From the human T2T-CHM13v2.0 reference genome, Homo sapiens, in the NCBI RefSeq assembly GCF_009914755.1, contig NC_060935.1: a stretch of 64,000 nt of DNA, one strand, 5' to 3'. Shown here piece after piece: positions 57,800 to 64,000 of this stretch (its first letter is position 1; each line of letters opens with the position of its first letter). The notes beneath the pieces were generated by a model. That model had not been told where the DNA came from, searched no databases, and was given only the letters and a program-made list of their open reading frames with translations. The translations under genes were made by a program, and so were the position numbers.

Positions 57800-58000
57800 T
57801 TAGTAATGTATATTGCAAAATTGCTGACAGTAGATTTTAAATGTTCACACTCCTCCCAGAATGATAAGTATGTGAAGTGATGGACATGTTAATTAGTTTG
57901 ATTTAATCATACCATATTGTGTACATATATCAAAACATCAGATTGTATCCCATATATATATACAATTACTTGTCAATTAAAAATAAAATTTGAAAAAAAA
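57800..58000 (+). mobile_element. L1MA 3'-end fragment
   Basis: gataagtatgtgaagtgatgga...tgtcaattaaaaataaaa. Confidence 0.75.
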
Positions 58001-58189
58001 TACAGGCATGTATTCCAGGGTGCAATACTGGGAGCTCCTGGAGCTTATAGTTTGGTTACTTTGTTTATTCCTTAAAAAATAGATATCAAACATCTACCAG
58101 GAGTGAGGTACTGGGGTAGTGTGGAGAACAAGACAGATGAGGTTCCTGCTGTCATGGAGCTTGCCCTTGGGGATGGGTGGGTGCAGGAG

Positions 58190-59390
<1,201 letters not shown>

Positions 59391-61458
59391 TGTTTTGTAG
59401 TAATAGATAATAATATGGTGGCTGGAGGTGGGGAGTGAGATTATAAATTAATGGGTAAAAAGGAAGATATGAGCTGGTGAAAAGGCAGTGCTGAACATGA
59501 ATGAAGGGTGATAGACATACTGAAGAGTGACAGGGTGGCTGCTGAGAATTTGAGTCTCAGGGCAGGACAGACCCTAAAGGTCCTTTGTCCAATACCCTAG
59601 ATGAAGCCAGTGTGCTCTGCACATCCCTTCCAATGGGCATCCAGCCTTGGGTCAAATACCCCAAGTGAGGGGGAAATTCACATCTTTGTTACTCTGTCCC
59701 ATCTTTGGATGTAAAAAATACTTGCTGTTGGGCTGGAATTTGCATCCCTATGGTTTTGTCTTCCTGGTCCTGGTCTTTCTCTTTGAGGCCATTCCTCCTG
59801 TCTGGTCTTTTGAGCTCCTATACCCTAAACAGTTGTCTAGCCTTTCTCGGTTGGCCCTCTAATTCCCTGACCCAGCTCTCCTTTCTTTCCCAGACTGGCT
59901 TTGATCTTTTGATACTGCTTTTGGCCTTTCTGACTTGACTGCCTTTCACACTTCCCTTCCTCTACCCACTGGGTCTCTTCCCACAGTCTCTGCTTGTTCC
60001 TGTGGTCTTGGGGTCCCTGTAGCTTTAGTTAGGGATTCTGCAACTTTGGTCAAAGGCCCCTCACAGCATCATGCCAGTCCCCTCCCTCACATGGCAAGCC
60101 CTTCTTTTCACAGAAAATGGTCACCACGTGCCAGTTGAACATTTTCCTCTCCTGCTAAACATGCCCACCTCTTTGGCACTTCACCTCCTCCTCCTCCCCA
60201 GTGACTTCCTTCCTCCCCTCCCTTCTCTGCCAGCCTCAATTATCACTTCTGCAGAGGACTTCCTGGGGGGTGGCCCTCTCTAGTCAGCTACCTGCTAGAC
60301 ATTGTCCTGTGAGATCCTTAAAGCCCCTGGAGCTCAGTGTGCCTTCCTTCTTGTCCTCTGACAAATATCCGCTGATGCTGACACTGGGCCTGTGCCCCTT
60401 CTAATAATCATCCCCTTTCGTCCCCTGCCTGATGGGCCAGAGCCTCCTGTGTCTCCTGGTATCCTACACTCTAAACTCAGGGACATCCTAGTCTTTTTCT
60501 CTTTCCTCCACCATCCATGACTAAATCTGTCATCTGGTTTGCCTTTTTTTTTTTTTTTTTCCTTCTCAGGGCCTCTTTCATCTTCCCCTTCCTTCTGCCA
60601 CCCCTGAGGACCAGGTCTTTATCAGTTCACCCCAAACTATAATAATCCCCATCCCCCAAATAATTTATTACAGGAGACAGTGCTGGAAACTGGAAGTATA
60701 GAGACAGCAAAGCAGATCTGGCATCTCTCCTCGTGGAGCTTGCAGTGAGCTTGTTCATGCATGCGTGAATTCACATATTCATTCATTCATTCATTCAAAC
60801 AGTTATTAAACACCTTCCATGTTACTTCGTCTAGTTGTCTCAGATTCCTGATAGTTGGAGGTAACTTTCTAACTTAGTTGTAATGAGGGGGGCAGTTTCC
60901 AGTAAATCGCTTGACAATTGCTTTGATAATTAGCAGCAGTAACTGAGAAGGACTGCCTGGAATGTCAGGGATACTTTCTTTCTCCACCCCATAAAAACGA
61001 TGAATCTGAGAATTTCTGGGCTGCTGGTCTTATCTACAGGTCTGGCTGATTACAAGATGCCCTGCAGTGATGTCTCAGGAAAGGCCAGGACTGGGAAGGC
61101 CAACCCCCAGAGCCTGCCTCTACATTCTTGAGACATTGTGGTAGTTCTCCCATCCTAGCCCATCTTCTTCCCATCACCTGCAGCAGATCCACTTCAAGCA
61201 CGTGCGTCATCCTAGGTAACCTGGCTGTTGGAGATGAGGGTCCTGGCTGCCAAGAAAGGAACTAAGACAAGCAGGCAGTGCCAGAGGGACAGTGTCCAGA
61301 CAGCTTCTTGCAGGCTCTCAGGGAAGTAGTTCAGGCCAGAGGTGGGAGGAGGCAGTGAGGAATGATGTGGTACAACTGCAGGCTGTAAGGTGAGTGTGTG
61401 CATGCTAAGTAGGCTGAGTTAGCGAGTGTGATACCAGGGTTAAGAAGATGCAGATTTG

Positions 61459-61826
<368 letters not shown>

Positions 61827-62809
61827 TTAATTAATTTCTCTGAGTGACATTTGTTTCTTCATCTTAAATGGGACTATTGATACGAGCCTCAGAAGGCTGC
61901 TGGAGTTTACAGGAGATAATGTGAGGAATTGCCTGGCATGGGTGGTCAATAAATGGTAGCTGCTTATTATTAGTATGGTTAGGCTGATTTCGAGGGTAGG
62001 GTTGGGCAGGAAGAACCAGAAAACTGGGGAGGAGCCAGAGTCCTCAGAGGGCATTTAAATTCAGGCTGGGGAAGCCAAGATCCTTCCACAAATGCGCAGA
62101 GCAGGTACAGGGATGGAAGCGGGGCAAAGCTCAGGTCAGAAGTAGGTGGGAGGTCAGAGAGGTGGGAGAGTCCCTGGGCAGTTGCGGGGATTTTTTTCCT
62201 GGATTCTCAGCAGCTGCCTTGGTCAGCTGTTTCCTGGAGAAGTTGGACAGAGTGGGCAGGAACTGTCACTAGGGCATCAAAATTACTCTTCCCCTGGCTT
62301 GGGCCAGAATTGTTTCCAGAACAAAGCAGAAGCTCCAAATAACTGTCAAGTGGCCGCTGGATTAGACTGCAGGGCTTGGGGGCAGGGAGCCAGGCAAGGC
62401 CATCTAGACCTGGCCCACAAGGTGGGAGGGGATCCCTCCAGGGGGATGCCCCTCCGGGCCCACCTGGAAGCCCTGCATCTCCTCTTTTCCTGGCCAGACC
62501 CTTCCAGGTCATGCTCATCTCACCTGTTTCAAGGATGCTTATCTGACAACTCTAGTCCTTAAGGATGAATCCTCTCCCAGACTGCCCACAGCAGTTTCTC
62601 TCTGTTTCTACAGTACCAGGCTAGCTGCTTTATACACGTTGTAACATTTATTTGTCAAGGCAGCCACGCGAGGTAGATGTTACACCCATTTTACAGAGAG
62701 GAAAGGTGAGGCTCACACAGATTAAATAACTTTGCCAGCCTCCTGCAACTGGAAAATCTCAGGGCCAGGATTTAAAAACAGGTCTGCCTGGCTCTAAACT
62801 TCAAGAGAC

Positions 62810-63350
62810 CAAGATATTCCACTTACTATGGCTGAGTAACAGATTACTCCAAAATTTAGGATGAGACGATTTATCAAGCTTATAGATTCTATGGGTCATA
62901 AATTCAGACAAGGCACAGCAGGGATGACTTGTTGCTGCTCCATGATGTCTAGAGCCTCAGCCAGAAGACCTGAAGGCTAGAGGCTACACCCATCTGAAGG
63001 CCCGCCCACTCCCATATCTGGTGACTGAGGCTGGCTTGAGGCTGGGGGCCTCAGTTCCTCTCCACGTAGGTCTCTCTACAAGTCTCTCTGTATGGACTAG
63101 TTTGAGCTTCTTCACAGCATGATGGCACTGCCTCTGCCAACCCGCAAGTGAGGGTCCTTCCAAAAAGAACCAGGTGGAAAGCACCATCTTTTAAGATCTA
63201 GCCTCAGAAGATGTGCAGCTTCAGTTTTGCTACATTCTACTTGTCAAGGCAGTCACAAAAGCCCATCCAGACACTAAAGAAGGGGAAATAGACTCCCCTT
63301 TTTGATAGAGGAGTAGCAAGGTTTTGAAAGATGTGTGATCAGAACTATTA
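62810..63350. mobile_element. old MLT1-type LTR (approximate)
   Basis: gctccatgatgtct...cttcacagcatg...gaaggggaaatagactcc motifs. Confidence 0.55.
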
Positions 63351-63498
63351 TGTGGCTGATTACTTTTGGAAAACTCAATCTGCTGCATGAAGGAACCTGA
63401 AGAAACATATCCATTAGATGGTAAGCTCATGAGGACTGACCTTGTCCTAGACTTCTTGGTAACTCTCATAGGCCCAGCACATTAAGATACACATAGCA

Positions 63499-63864
<366 letters not shown>

Positions 63865-64000
63865 TTATTATTATTCTTCCAATTTTGCATTTACTGCTTT
63901 CTCTTTTACGATTAAGCTGAAACGGTCCATCTAATGTAGAGGTTCTTTTGCTTCAAGGTTTGTTTCTTCCATCAGAGATCCAGCAGGATACCATTTTATT

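Overview
Human (primate, Alu/L1-rich) genomic DNA. The first ~18 kb holds the complete E2F8 gene on the minus strand. I reconstructed 12 coding exons with GT-AG boundaries and consistent phases: 2604 nt, 867 aa, MENEKENLF...STEDVH, two E2F/DP-type DNA-binding domains. It has a CpG-island promoter with E2F, CCAAT and CHR-like motifs. The remaining ~45 kb is intergenic and repeat-rich (Alu, L1, MaLR LTRs, MER82, MER53, MIR). It contains a processed PCNA pseudogene (probably PCNAP4) split by an L1 and an Alu, a strong CTCF consensus site and two homeodomain/POU-motif-rich candidate enhancers. The most notable unexplained structures are: (i) a ~97% identical 107-bp non-repeat inverted duplication in E2F8 intron 2; (ii) two out-of-frame uAUGs whose ORFs end at or just before Met18, which could bypass the N-terminal KEN degron; (iii) inverted AluY elements flanking exons 5-6, a 477-nt phase-symmetric module whose skipping or circularisation would build hybrid DNA-binding domains. 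Repeat subfamily names come from recalled consensus sequences and need RepeatMasker confirmation.
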